A DNA stretch of 64,000 bases from NCBI GenBank assembly GCA_013239625.1, contig MU053216.1, positions 2,818,943 to 2,882,942 on the forward strand, read 5' to 3'. The stretch is from Lama guanicoe. Taxonomy: Eukaryota. A program made the position numbers and the translations under genes. The notes beneath the pieces were generated by a model. The model was not told the DNA's origin. It ran no database searches and saw only the letters and a program-made list of their open reading frames with translations. How positions within the stretch are numbered: position 1 is the stretch's first letter; each line of letters begins with the position of its first letter. This document shows positions 11,860 through 25,045 of this stretch, one piece after another.

Positions 11860-14300
11860 ACGTCAAAATTGTGAGGTGTAATTTACACTGAAACATACTC
11901 GTTGGGGTGTAGTTTGATGAGTTTTGACAAATACATGCATCTCTATAACCACCATCATGATCAGACATGAAACATTCCTGTCATAGGAAGGAAGCTCTTT
12001 GCCCTTTCCCAGTCAACCCAGGCCCCTTGTCCAAACCCAAACACTCTCCGAACTGCCCTCCGTTACTACTGATGAAGTTAGTTGTTTCTTCCACTTCATA
12101 GACGTGAAACCAAACAATGAATGCTTTTCTGCGTCTAGCAGGTTGCACTCCACGTGATGGTCCAAAGAGCCATCCATGTTTTGCGTGTCAGTGGTCAGTC
12201 CTTTTACTTGTGAGCAGCATTCCGCCGTAAGGGCAGACCACATGTTCCGTATTCATCCAGCTTCGGTGGACGCTTGAGTGGCTTCCAGGTTTTTGGCCAC
12301 TGTGAGTGAGGCTACTATGCGTATCTGTGTGGAAGTCTTTCTAGGGACATGTCCTTTCCTTGTTGGTAAATACCTGGAGTGAAATTTCTGGCTTATTACT
12401 CTGCATTCTCACCAGCAGTATTGTCAGGTTTTGTTTGTGTTTTTTTTAATTTTAGCCATCTGAGTTGGTGTGCAGCGTCGCCATCTTACTGTTGCTTTCA
12501 TTTGCATTTCCTGGGTGACTAATGATATGGGGCCTATTTTTATGAGCTTATTGGCCGTTACAGTATATTCTGTGAAGCACGTGTTCAAACTGCTTGCCCA
12601 TTTTTAATTGTGTTACTTGATGGCTTATTTTGTTTTGGGGAGAGTTCTGTATACATTCTGGCAAAACTATCTTTGCTGAAAAAATTGTGGATATTTTTTA
12701 ATAATGTGTGGATTGCTTTCTTTATGTCCTTAATGGGTTTACTCAAAGAGCAAGAATGTTTAATTTTGATGAAGTCTGATTTCTAAATTTTTTTCTTTTA
12801 TGATTGTTGTTTTTTGTGTCCATCTAAGAAACCGTTGCCTACACTAAAACAGCAAAGATTTTCTCTAATGTCTTTGTCTAGACATTTTATAGTTTTAGCT
12901 TTAGTGTTTAGGCCTGCAATCCATTTTGAGTTAATTTTTGTGTTTGTTGAGATTTAAAGGCTGATTTTTTTTTTCCCCTAAAGGGATAACTGGATCATTT
13001 GTTTAAAAAAGAAATTCCTTCTTCCACTGAATTGCGTTTGTACTTTTATAAAAAATGAAAGATTTTTTTCCTGGGATTTCTACTTTGTCACAGTGATTTA
13101 TAAAGACTATACTAATTTTAGTACTTAATGTCCAAAAACCATTCAATTTTTCTAGTTATGCTGGGGACATAGTGTTTCTGTAGTTTTATTTTTTTTTCTC
13201 GTGGTTTTGAGTTTTTGGGGGTGACTGGGAGATGTGGATTTAGGAAGCCCTTTCATCACCAGCTCTCCATCCTTCCACATGAAATCAGAATCACTTTAGT
13301 ACGTTCTGTCAAAAGATCCTATGACGAACAAAGCTGCTGTAAACATCCATGTGAGGGTTTTTATGTGGACGTGAGATTTCAGCCCCTTTGGGTAAATACC
13401 AAGGAGTGTGGCGACTGGATTGCATGGTGAGATTATGCTGAGTTTAACAGGACCTGTCAAAATGTCTTCCAAAGTGACACACTCTTCTGCATTCCCACCA
13501 GCAATGAATGCGAGTGCTTGCTGTTCCCCATCCTCTCCAACATTTGCTGATGTCAGTGTTCTGGATTCTGGCCAGTCTAAAGGTGTGCAGTGATCCCTAA
13601 TTGTTATTTTAGTTTTAATTTTCCTGATTACACGTGACGTGGAGCATCTTCTCATATGCTTATTTGACATCTGTACATCTTCTTTGGCAACTATATACTT
13701 GATAATGTACTGAAGGGTCCACTTCATTAAATACAGATTTAGTATCTGTGTTCATAGAAAAGACTGCTCTATAGTTGCCCAAGTTTTGCATCCACATAGC
13801 ATTAACCTTAGGCCTATCCCAAATCGAACAGTAATCAACCGAGTTGATAGATTTCCATGTTTTCTGTACTGTGGGGTAGTTTGGATAAGATAGGAAGTAA
13901 CTGCTCTTTGAATATTGGCAAACTTGCTTTTATGGTTTTTCTTTTTTAAAGGGCAGGCGATACAAGCAGACAGGGAGTGTGAAGTGAGTGGAGAGGTACT
14001 GAACTATAATTTTAACTCCAATTTTCTAACGCTTTCTAGATAAATGTCCATAAATCATATGTTCTAGAAAGTTATCCATTTTATCTAACTTTTCAGATTG
14101 GATGCAAAGTTTCTTCCTAGTCTGTAAAATTTTTTCTGTATTTTTAATTTTCTTTTTTTTTTTCATCCTTGGAGGAGGGGTCATTTTGCTAGAGATCTAT
14201 TTTAGTATTCTTTTAATAAACAAGTCTTTAAATGTGTTAATAAATTATTGATATTTTTGTTTGTTCCTTCTTTCAATAATTTGTCCTCTAAACTTTGTTA
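11860..14300 (-). mobile_element. Old LINE-1 (L1M-type) fragments; boundaries approximate
   Basis: T-rich plus strand with L1 motifs (tttgcatttcctgggtgactaatgat, tgcattcccaccagcaatgaatg). ORF 13296..13727 resembles a decayed L1 ORF2 C-terminus. Confidence 0.8.
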
Positions 14301-14569
14301 TTCTCTCCTTTCTACTATCTTTGCATTTGTTTTTGGTTCTTTTCCAAGCACTCTCCACTGATTTTCATTCAATAAATAGCAAAGCGATAAAAAGTTCCCC
14401 TAAAATGTCACTTGATCTTCCTTAAAGCTACAAATTCCCTCCAAATAGGTCTTTACTCAAGCCTGAATATCTTTGTTTCAAAAGGTGAATTTAAGCCATT
14501 TATATTTATAGTGACCTTTGATACCCTGTGACCTGTTTCTGCTATCTTACATTCTGTTTCCTACTTAGT

Positions 14570-14715
14570 GTTCTCTCTCTCCTCCCTCCCTGCCACCTTT
14601 TTCTTCTTCCTCTCCTGTCCCCTTCCTCTCCTTTCTCTCTCTCTCCCTCTCTCTCCAACACACTCTCTCTCTCCCTCCTTTTCTTTCCTCTTCTTCTTTC
14701 TCCTTTTCCTCTTTT
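14570..14715. repeat. CT-rich low-complexity tract
   Basis: Near-pure polypyrimidine run. A GA-rich counterpart lies at about 16835-16950. Confidence 0.9.
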
Positions 14716-15442
14716 AACATGTAGAATTTTTTATGCCATAGCTTTCTTCTACTGCTTATAAACAACGCCATCTACTTACCTCTTTCTCTCACGTTTTATA
14801 GTAGTTACTTATAAATTGTCTTATGTACAAAGGACATATTTTCCTAGCAGATTGTAAATTTAACCAGATTCTCTAATTCTACTAAGTAAGACTGAAGCCT
14901 TAGCACTTTTCACTTTTCTCTCCCCTCACCTTCTAACTGCTGTTGTTTTCCAGAATTTTATTTTCCAATTGTTATCAGTAGTTTATATTGCTGGCATTTT
15001 AGTAACAATTATTATTTGCCATCGATCCTTAGCTTTACCACGGTGTTTTATTAGCTTATGTGCGCGCTGTGCTTCTATCAGAGGCAGGATTTGCTAGAGA
15101 GGCAGAGGGTGTGGGACACACCAACGAGAGAAGGATGCTACAGGAAGAGAGGAAATGAATCGAGAAATGAGTGAACAAGCATTTCACTCATCTCACAGTT
15201 TTGTTTCCACCACAACCTCACCACAGCCTTTAATTTGTGCGCGTGCACACACACACACACAACTTGATGGAGGTTTGGATCCTCTGTCATTTATTTCTAA
15301 ATTCTACTTTAAAGATTGATTCAAATCCATATTCTGAAACCCTTTCTCCAAATCCATAACAGCATTTTCTGTGATTCTCAAAGAATCATAAGAACATGAA
15401 AGGAAAAGAAATTTAACATATAAAAGTAAGTAATATACTCAC

Positions 15443-15601
15443 CTCCAAAATCTGTTGTAATAGTTTCAGTTTTGTTAGTAATAGTCAGGTTATTATAGTA
15501 TAGTTGTGAACTACAAGTGTAATTCCTTTCAGGTTCAAGGTCTTTGAATTCAAATTTGTTACTACTAATTTGTCCACTGCTATTTTGCGGAGTGTAGTCA
15601 C
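15443..15601 (-). CDS. PTPRC: PTPRC exon 11 (159 nt): GDYTPQNSSGQISSNKFEFKDLEPERNYTCSSQLYYNNLTITNKTETITTDFG
   Basis: Within ORF 15378..15644. Acceptor ttcttttag|GT, donor GGAG|gtgagt. LEPE...C...YNN...TDFG conserved. Confidence 0.94.
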
Positions 15602-15939
15602 CTAAAAGAAGTAAGGATTGCATGTGAGTACACGATTGTAACACATCACATTTGAATTTTATTTTGTACTTGTATCTATACTTATTATCTGTTAGATTAA
15701 AAACCTATGCAAAAGGCCAAAACAAGAAGTAAAAATTCTGAAACCTGCTATAACAGTGTATGCGTTTGCCATACTCAATTGTAAAGAAAATGTTAGGCAG
15801 TAAAACTAAATTTGACAGTGTCTCTCATTTACCTGATGGAATGAGGCGTCAGCTCACTACTCTCTGTTCAGAAACTGAGATTGCACTTGAGTTACTCTTT
15901 ACCTTGTAGATATCCTAGGTCGTTGGGTTTTTTTACATG

Positions 15940-16181
15940 TTTTAATTGAAGTACAGTTGATTTACAATGTTTCAGGTGTACAGCAAAGTGACATATTCTT
16001 TTTCAGATTCCCTTCCATTATAGGCTATTACAAGATATTGAACATAGTTCCGTGTGCTCTACAATAGGTCCTTGTTGTTAATCTATTTTATGTATAGTAG
16101 TGTGTGTCTATTAATCCCAAACTCCTAATTTATCTCTCCCCCACCTTCCCTTTTGGTAGCCATAAGTTTGTTTTCTACGTC
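15940..16181 (-). mobile_element. LINE-1 3' end fragment
   Basis: aattgaagtacagttgatttacaatg...caagatattgaacatagttcc; same family as 5909-6313. Confidence 0.85.
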
Positions 16182-17023
16182 TTAGATCAGTGTTTTCTCA
16201 TCAGTCTGTCATAAGTTTACTCGTGTTTGCCTCGTATTGCTTGCATCTAAGTGGAGCATCTTTCCCATAACATGACGATTACGACCAGCATCATACTCCA
16301 GCCTTTGTGTGAGAGTGTGTGTGTTTGTGTCCGTCTGTCCATCTTGCCAACTATGGCGTAGCAGATGGCTTTCTGCCAGGAGAGGGAGATTTCATCTCCA
16401 TAAATACAAATGAAAGGAAATTAAAAGTTATTAAATCAGTCATCATTAAAACGAAATGTTATCTCAATTGTCCCCCCTCCCATGAACCCAAATTCCCATT
16501 CCTAGAAGCACTTAGCACCCTTTTCCTACTCTTCTCTGATCCAAGTCTGCTGGCAGCTGCTCATGGTGGTGCTGAGGGAGGGCCAGCAAGGCAAGCCCTT
16601 GGGCCCACGGGTCTCAGGGCTTTCGCTCTAGCAGTACGCGTGTCACGATTTTTTATAACTCTTTCCCCTGATTTTCAACAATGCCCATGTATAACAGTTG
16701 CCAAGAAAATTCTTACAAATTATTTGATATTACTATTTCAAAAATCATTTTTCAGGGGGAGTATTTGTCTATTTGGTGAATGTGAAGGGTATAGAGAATA
16801 CAGTGATTTGATTCCAAACACATCATGGGCTATGAAGGAAAGAGAGAGAGACAGAGACAGACAGACAGAATGGAAAAAGGAAGAAAAATAGAAGAAATAA
16901 AGGTAAGAAGGAAGAGAGGGGAGGGGGAGGGAGGGAGGGAGAGAGGGAGGCCGGATTAGGTAACACCTAGAGAAACTTCCCACCATAGAGGAAAACCTCT
17001 TCTGGTCAACGCCAGACTCTTAC

Positions 17024-17155
17024 CGCACTGGAATTTGTATGTAATTTTATTTGCATCACAAGCGCTGCTTTCACTTTCTCTCCAAATTAAACAAAGAGAT
17101 GTATTTGCTTTTACAGGCTCCACACAATCGTGACGAAACTGAAAATGTTCAGGAT
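17024..17155 (-). CDS. PTPRC: PTPRC exon 10 (132 nt): DPEHFQFRHDCVEPVKANTSLCLIWRESESSACDANKITYKFQC
   Basis: Within ORF 16956..17162. Acceptor cttcttgacag|AT, donor TGCG|gtaaga. Four Cys and ITYxFQCG conserved. Confidence 0.95.
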
Positions 17156-18275
17156 CTGTCAAGAAGAAGATGTAAAAATAGGTGACGAGTACTTAGTGCT
17201 GTTCTGTAGGCTCCGAGATCGTCTTTGAAACTACATTCAGCACACACAGTTTGGCAAGAATCTAGGTTACTTTTGAAAAAGTCTAAGGCCTCTCAGGGTT
17301 TTGCATTTCTTGAATGTTTAGTTTATTCTTTTTGAACGTCACACATATTAGCAGCATTTCATTTAGAATTTATGCTACATTGAAGAAATGGTACTCAAGC
17401 AAACGTCCAGATAAAATTGCATTTTTTTTGCCCATTTTAAAACACTCATTCCATTTTGTTTTCTTACTTATATCTCCAAATTTTCACTTACACTTTGATT
17501 GTTTTATTGAATGATCATTACACAGAGCTTGCAGTCTTCCCTCTTGGGAAATGTTATTTTTTTAAGTAGTCATTTTCTATTTTTAATTGGTAATGTATTT
17601 CAGAAACATTTAGAAAAAGTGAATAAGTTAAGTGGCATTTTTTCAAAAACACCAGACTTTGACCTGTTCAAACATTAGCAAGCCAATCAGCGCTCTTGGA
17701 TTGTTCACAGAGGAGAGAGATTCAGCAAGTTCACGCAGTCCGCGGATCCCTCCTGGAAAGTGCGTGTCGTTGAGGCGGCCTCTGTGGAGCGGGCTCCGGG
17801 GGTCGCCCCTTCGTCCCCGGAAGCCGCCCTGAGCGCTCTGACGTGCCCGTGACTCAGCTTTGGGGGTGAGCGCACTTTTGCTCCTTCCACAAACATCAAA
17901 CCTTTGCCTTTCCGTTTCCCCTCCAAGATACTGCAGCCACACTTGGATTTAGAAGGGCTGCTGTGGGCACATCCGTGTCGAACAACTTGAATTAGGTAGA
18001 GGAGGAGAAAGCTGAGCACTCGCTCAGGAGGAGCCACATCTCATCGACGTGAGCTGCCCTCATGAAGCGCAGGGAGGCGGGTGTTCACTCGGTTGTTGGA
18101 TTAACGGGACAAACGCAGAGGCTTGTGGGCGGTTCTGTTGTCACTGGGTCAGGGGAGTGGGAAGTCCACCCCGCTGGCCTGTTCTCCCACCTACTGATTC
18201 CTGTGACCACTGGGAGGCGCCACACGCAAAACTGCCCTGTTGTAAATACACAGACAGAAATCAATGGACATTTAC

Positions 18276-18494
18276 CTGGTGGAACTTCTAATTGTAGAGA
18301 TTTAGGTGGATCACCACATGACTCATGTTTTATCTCTATAGTGCGATCTGTGCATGTCTCCAGACCAAACAGCTGGTTGTTCCTACACTCAAGGGGGTCA
18401 CATGTCACATTATCACCAACAGTAAGTGTTGCGTCGTATGTTTTGTTATCCTTGTTGTAAGAGTAACGCACATGGATGTCTTCATATTTATTTT
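18276..18494 (-). CDS. PTPRC: PTPRC exon 9 (219 nt): ENKYEDIHVRYSYNKDNKTYDATLTVGDNVTCDPLECRNNQLFGLETCTDRTIEIKHESCGDPPKSLQLEVPP, Cys-rich domain
   Basis: Within ORF 18085..18606. Acceptor ttttctttcag|AA, donor CCAG|gtaaat. Confidence 0.96.
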
Positions 18495-18719
18495 CTGAAA
18501 GAAAATTAAACCACGAAGATTGTCCTTTAGTTTTCAGAACGAATAAACCTACATTGCGTAATACAAAGTCAACACGTACTTTAAAAAAATAGCAAATCAC
18601 CAACAAAATATCCCCAGGAACATAAAAAAGGAAAAGGACACACCGGGGGCCTCCATGTCACTCTTTCATAATTCCGTCTATGTCACCGCCCTAGCAAGGA
18701 CCCCGGCTTGTAAGCTTGT

Positions 18720-18870
18720 ATTTATATGATTGCTGGATTCATGTCTGTCTGTCTTCCTAACTGGACTGTAAATCCCATGATAGCAAAGCCCTGTCTGTTT
18801 TGATCATCACCACAGATCCGGATCCCTGTGTCACACTTGTCATGAGCAGGGCCTCGGTGATTGTTGAATT
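18720..18870 (+). mobile_element. LINE-2 3' end fragment
   Basis: aactggactgtaaatcccatgatagcaaagccctgtctgttttgatcatcacc...ttgttgaat. Confidence 0.7.
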
Positions 18871-19140
18871 ACGCAGCAAAAAAATGCACAGTGCTCCTGA
18901 CACATTCCTTCTCCTGCTTTATCACCCCCTTGCTTTCTGAAACGGAGTACTGGATGGCCTCTTTCTCTTGACATGCAGAACATCGTACTTGGAGACCACA
19001 GGTGACATCATTCCTCCGCTTTTGTAAGATTATGGGTAACGATGCCTCCTTAGTGTGAAAATGAGAGTGTAGTCTCACGCTCCCCTTTATTTAAATAGAT
19101 GCACTGACTGGTGAATATATCTTTTCAACACCCATTAATA

Positions 19141-19800
19141 TATTCACTCATTTTTTTTTAGTGCAACAAAAATTACGAAGCCCTTACTTAGCTTAAGACA
19201 CTGTCCCAGGCACTAGGGATACAAATGCTAAGCTTTGGGGACCCTAGGATCCAACGTGGACACAGGCATAAGCAGGAACCACAGAAAACAGGAAAAACAC
19301 CTAAAATAAGATCATGCACAGAATAACACGGAGGAAAAGGACAGAGAAGTCAGTTCAGACTGTAGGCACAGGAGAGGTGTCCGGAGGAGGTGACTCTGTT
19401 TGCATCTTAACTTGGGAGCAGGGCATGGACAGACTGATGGAGGCGGCGGCGCCGGGTGAGGATGGCGTGGGATTCCAAGGGGAGAGGAAGGAGAGCAGGA
19501 GGGAAGATGGGGCCCGCAAGAAACGTGTGCTTGAAAAGCTGCGTATGCTGGCATGTTACTTAGTGAACAGTGCGAGGAAGCAGTAACACATGAGAAACCT
19601 GGTCACGCGGGGTCATATTAGTCAAGCAAACACACGAAGGTGGACGTTCACTCTGAATGTGCAGAGAGCCACCGAAGGCAGGGACCCCAGCGGTGAGATC
19701 TAGGAACACTTGGAGGCAGGAGCCCTGGCCATGAAGAAGGACCTTGCTTCCACTGAGAACACAGGAAGAATAATGGGAAAAGGATGGGCACAAGCTGTTC
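19141..19800 (-). mobile_element. LINE-2 fragment; boundaries approximate
   Basis: ttcactcatt...cactgtcccaggcactagggataca followed by a purine-rich L2-like body. Confidence 0.6.
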
Positions 19801-20223
19801 TCAAGCACCTGCTCTGAGCTGAACCCTGGCAAGACAGAGAGACAGAGACAGACAGACAGGAGGACCGTTCTCTTCTTGATTAGCTGTGAGGTATTATTCA
19901 CATTTCATATTTCTCATCACCCTGAATCCTCCCCCCAGCCCAAGACAAACTCGTTATCCTATCACTGTATAAAATCCCAAACTGAAGTGAACTGTTTCGC
20001 TAGTAACCATCAACCCGGGTCCTCAGAACCAGGTCCAAGTATGACGCCAAAGCTCCTTGCCCTGAAGGATCTTGGCTTTTAAGAACAGGAGACAACCACT
20101 GGCAAGGAACCAGAGTCAGGGAGTTTAGCTCGCTAGGGAGTGTTGGAAGCTTGGAATAAAGAAGGAAATAATTTAAGAGCTTTTCTAAAGTGATAGACAT
20201 TGCCTTTAATTAAACAAACTTAC

Positions 20224-20250
20224 CACATGCTGGCTTACGAGTAGTAGTAG
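20224..20250 (-). CDS. PTPRC: PTPRC exon 8 (27 nt): ATTTRKPAC
   Basis: T-rich tract then tattacag|CT, donor TGTG|gtaagt. Resembles human ATTPSKPTC. Confidence 0.93.
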
Positions 20251-21379
20251 CTGTAATAGACAAAAAAAAAAGAATTCAAATTATGAAAGCTGCATTTTAG
20301 AATATGTCCGCTCTGGTCATTTTGGGGAAGGGCGCTTTACAAAGGTTCATCTCCATAAACTGGAGAGGCGACTGAGCTAGGCTGAGCAGATTAACGCAGA
20401 GGTGGCGGTGCCTGGTCCCACGTCTTGATCTCAAAACTTCAAAGGTTGTAAACCAAGGAGCTAGTTCTATAAGACATTTTCATGAATTGACCCAATGAAC
20501 ACAACTGTGACTATGTCGCATTAAGACCTGGTGGACACACATTGATCACAGAATGGCAATAACGTGGCTGACTGTTCGTTTAAAAAGTCTTCATCCCCTT
20601 AATGAATCTCAAATACATTTATAGAATCACTACCCCTGGAGAGTTCAGTTCACACCTTTGTTTAAAAAAAAATCAGAGAGTAAGCAAGGGCTGCTTCACT
20701 CCCTGGTTTAACCTCTGTAAGCTTCACACAGATACTGGGTCCAGGGCACCAAACTGTGCTCTCCAGCCCCTGAGACATATCTTGTGTGAGTGCGTGTCTT
20801 TGACTGAAGAACTGAGTGGAAATGTGCTTTGTGGAGGCTGAAAGCTCTCCGCTAATCTGATTGTTGAGTTGGAGAAACTGGGGGGAGAATGGTACGCTTG
20901 CAGGCTCCGCGTGGCTGACCTTTGATGGACACCCACCAAGTGATGGCCGTTCACGCCCTGCCTTTGTCTCCACGCCCCGTGCACACGGCTGGGGCCCTGT
21001 GATCACTCCCCTGCTACTGACCTCGTGAAACAGAGATCCCCACTGACAGAACTGTCCTTTTCCATCCTAATACCAAAACCCGCTCTTAGAAGTCCTAGCC
21101 TAGCTGGTCATTTCTCCGTGCGTCTCATGAAGCACACAACTCTTGAGGGATGCTGCGACCGTGACGCTGTAGGTTGTCACCACAACGCCACGCCCTGAGC
21201 TCCTTAGCTGCCGCACTGCCGACACAGAGCAGTGGTTCTGACTAGTCCTCGGGATTAGAACCCTCAAGCGAACTTCTCCGGGGAAGAGCCCAGGGGGGAG
21301 CAAACGGAAGACCCTTCTGTGAGCGTGTCCCAAGCGCGTGGCGGTGGTGTGACTGCATGACTGGGGGTCAGGTTGTCAC

Positions 21380-21460
21380 CTATGGTTGTGGGAGCTGTTG
21401 CAGAGTAAGTGCTTGCTGCAGTGGTCAGAGAGGATGGTGCAGGGGATGTGGAGAGCGAAT
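21380..21460 (-). CDS. PTPRC: PTPRC exon 7 (81 nt): DSLSTSPAPSSLTTAASTYSATAPTTI
   Basis: Within ORF 21264..21536. Acceptor tttccttgcag|AT, donor ATAG|gtgaca. Ser/Thr-rich and ends TTI like human. Confidence 0.9.
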
Positions 21461-22236
21461 CTGCAAGGAAATGAACAGAGGAACACCGGTTAATGCGTCT
21501 GTCACGTTGCAGGGCGAGGCGGAAACGCTTCAGCAAAGACCAACTTAACCGAATCTCTTCCTAGTTTGAGTTGACACTCACTTGTTTTTTAAAATAAGAA
21601 AGTGAGTCAAAGGTTAATCTACACAAGGCTCTTTAAGATCACCAACAGTTCAAAGGATTGGAACTAAGCATCAGGTAAGTTGAGAGGAAGCCGTTCGTTC
21701 CTTGGTACAATTCTGCCTTGATGTGCAGTCCTGCCCAGGCTAGTCCTTACCCGATCAGTTACCACTCTCCTTATTTTAATTACTAACAAGGACACCGGTT
21801 ACACTTTTGTTCTATTCATTTCATACCAGGCTTTTTACAGATTCAGTGCTCACATTCATTGTGTGAAATGAATATCATTATATCCATTTCTCCAGAAGGG
21901 AAAACCGACACACAGAAAGCTAAGAGTCACTTGTCCCAAAGTCAGCTAGGAAATTAAAAGAGGCTGGATTTGCTCTCAGCTAGATGACACTAAAATCTGT
22001 TGTCTTTCTTCTTTGCCATAAACTTTTATAACATAAATAATAAAATAAAATATGCCCAGAAAAAGCTTCCTGGTAAATTGAGGAGTGTTTCGCCTAATTT
22101 AGTATCAATATGTGAAAATTGGTAAAATGGGAAAGCTGCAAGTAATATTTGGTGTGAAATAAAAGAGCTGCATGAAAGTTTCAAGTTTTTATCTCATCAT
22201 CCAGCACCTAAAACACCTAGAGCATCACGGTCAAAC

Positions 22237-22380
22237 CTGAGGTGGTATTTTTGGTGGTCGAGTTGGAGATGCGTGGAGGCAAGGCAGCGAGGCTGCTGTG
22301 TGCGGGGCTGAGGGTGGTTGCTGGTGAGGGAGCAGTGTCTGCGGGCAAGGTGCGGGCTGTCATCCTCTCTCCGGGAGCAC
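22237..22380 (-). CDS. PTPRC: PTPRC variable exon 6 (C) (144 nt): GAPGERMTARTLPADTAPSPATTLSPAHSSLAALPPRISNSTTKNTTS
   Basis: Within ORF 22217..22678. Acceptor ctgattgcag|GT, weak donor TCAG|gtttga. PGER...TTLS...AALP conserved. Confidence 0.94.
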
Positions 22381-24911
22381 CTGCAATCAGACAGGTCGTC
22401 AGCAGCGCCACGCACCCCTGCTGCCCGCGCCAGGGCAGGGGCCACGCAGCCAACGTCCGCATGCCCACTGCTGCTGCAGCCCTCGTGCTATGCCACAACG
22501 TATGTGCCTGCAAAACGGGGTGCAGAGCAGCACAGCTTGTGGGAGAGACGAGTTCACGGACAGACAGCTCAGATCCCGGGCAGTTTTCCAAACACGGCAC
22601 ACATTTGGAAATGGTCTGGGATGTCTGCCTGGAGGACTGCCCCGGGGAGGGCTGCTTTAGAGAACCCTGAAAACGCACAGAGTGGGTGCCGCTGGCTGGT
22701 GCCGAGACCGCAGGGCTGCAAGTGAGCTCGGAGGGCCAGAGGCTGCCGCCAGGTCTGCACGGGGGCCTGCGGCCCGCCCTGCCCAGCGCCTCGGGTGGGA
22801 CGCACCTCTCTGGGGAGGGACCCCTGGGTGCAGGCGCTTCACCTAATTTTCCTAAAGCAGAGCTGAAGGGGACGCTGCCCGTGCAGCTGCTGAGCTCGGG
22901 TTTTTTCCTTCCAGCTGAAGGTCCTAATTCTACTTTCTCTACGGAGACCAGGAAAACTCAGACGGGATTGGAGCCCAAGAGCCTCCACGTTACACAGACA
23001 ACATCCCCTCCTCTCCAATCTCATACGTGCTAGCGAGTGTAGACCATCAAGGGTGGCCACCCACGAGACGCCACCCTGTGTCTGGTCAGGACGTTCCATC
23101 ATCAAGGTCAGAGCACCTACAGCAGGTCGCACCTTCCTCCCAGCACAGGTGGGCCACGGGCGCTCACTGGGTGCCCACCACCTGCTCAGCACCTCACTAG
23201 TGGTCCCGACAAAGGCAAAAGAAACTCGGGCCAGCTCCTATTTGAGTTCATGTGGTTATTTCACCGTCACGATCCCTGGGGTCACTGGTTCAACCGTGTG
23301 AGCTTAGTCTGGGATTTGCAGTCGGATCCTCAGTATTCAAGCCCAGCGGCACGGGCACACGTGCTCTGATGCCAGCACACAGGCGGCCTCCAATCACACA
23401 TGTACACGCCGTGAGGCTTGAACGGGCATCTTCCAAAATTCTGAGTTTGGGTTCTCAGCTCAATCTTCAAAAACCACTAAACTTTCCAAATTTAACTCAA
23501 TCGTGGAATAGTATGAACAACAGAAACATCAATTTTTCAGCTCTGGCTTCTCAGAGGAAAGTTCCAACAGAGCAAGGAAAAGAGTAGAAAATGCATTTTT
23601 TTTTATCCTTTTAAAAAAATTGGAGGCACAGAACTGTCCCTCTGCAAATTTTGGAATCAGCCAGGCTTGCCTTCCTCCACGCTCTTTTCTTCTCCTCTTT
23701 TCGCTAACCCGTGTTCTCTCTGCCCCTCCCAGGTGTCCCCGGTAGTCAGGTGGTTCTGAGGGCCCCTCCCCCACTCGCTAAATCCCCCACCTCCCCTTTC
23801 ATATGAAAACCACTTCCTTGGAGCAGGTAATCTCGGGGATGGCTTAGGAGTGGTAATTACTACTTTAATTAGGTTAATTAATCTTAATCGATTTTTAATC
23901 AGTGGAATTCGCCCCTGTGAGAGGAAGAATTCTGTGTGACAGTCAGCCCCCAGGTCACGCCTCCTTCTCGGCCACACCCCGGGAATCCATGGATTTGCTA
24001 GCAGTGTCACATTTTTTTACTGCGGTTCCCACGGTAGTGGGAGCCAGGAAACCAGGCAGGGAGGTGAGGGCAGATCTTTTCCCAGATGTTCAAAGTCTGT
24101 GGATTGCCTGTCATGATTTTTCAGGCCAAGGGAAGCGTCTTAACGCTTCAAAATTATAATTACTCTACTTGATATATATTGCTTCCACGTGGGATTCATA
24201 CTGAAAGGAAAGTCACTGTGCTGGCAGGCTCCCCAGTCACACCTGTCACTTCCAGGCCCTCAGGTCACTAATGGCTACACGTGTCTGTGTGCATTTTTAA
24301 CCCGAGAAACATGCTTGTTTTTCAGGATAAAAAAGGGCACCGTGAACTGATTAGACAGTGATTTTGGAAAGACCAGGGAGGGGATAGTCTGCAGCTTCTA
24401 TAGACAGAGGTGCTTAACTGAAAGGATCTTGGTGTTCGAACGGAGAATGTAAGCATCTAATTTTTTTTCAGTCTTTTAATAAACAGTGTACTTGTGGTTA
24501 CAATTTCTCAGTGCGCTTCGGCGATAAGAGGCACGGCCTGCTTTTCATCTTTCTGTTACTGGCAGGAGGTCCTGAAGTAAAGAACCTGCGTACATATTCT
24601 TCATCTCTAACGAAAGGAGGTTTCCACTGCGCAGTAACACTTGTCCCAAACAGAAACAGAGGAAGCCCTGAAGAACCCCGTGAACAGGCTTTTCCAGCGC
24701 ACTCGTAATTCTCATTCTTCAGTATTTCATCTCCATTACAAGGACCTTTGTTACGCGGTCTCCTGGCGGGAGGGTAACTATGAAAGGATGAATTTCCAAA
24801 TTCATCAGCCAGCAAATGCGACCCGTGGACCAGCGCTTGGATTCCCTCCCCGCGTCGTTAAACGTTGTCCGTGCGCTCTTCGTAGCTGCACGAGTCTAGG
24901 GGGCCGGCAGC

Positions 24912-25045
24912 CCGGACTTGGCGCCGCCCGGGAGCGGGGCTGACGCTGCAGGGCAGGAGACCGGGGGCTACGGCCGGCAGAGGGCGCCAGCGGGCCCGCG
25001 GGCGCCAACAGGTGCGGCGTCCGCGCTGACGGCCGCCGACGGCCG
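24912..25045 (-). pseudogene. PTPRC: Degenerate remnant of PTPRC variable exon 5 (B); canonical splice sites not found
   Basis: Lies between exons A and C. PSARTPHLLAPAGPLAPSAG aligns to human exon B [20 protein letters not shown]. No AG at the codon-aligned acceptor; the probable donor position reads CCGG|GCTGCC. Confidence 0.7.

Noticed and set aside
13296..13727. 143-aa ORF
   Set aside because: Decayed LINE-1 ORF2 C-terminal sequence, not a host gene.
16319..16891. 190-aa plus-strand ORF
   Set aside because: Antisense intronic ORF ending in a GA-rich repeat; no homology recognised.
24787..24806. Inverted repeat gatgaattt-cc-aaattcatc near the exon B remnant
   Set aside because: 9-bp arms can arise by chance in 64 kb and there is no other support.
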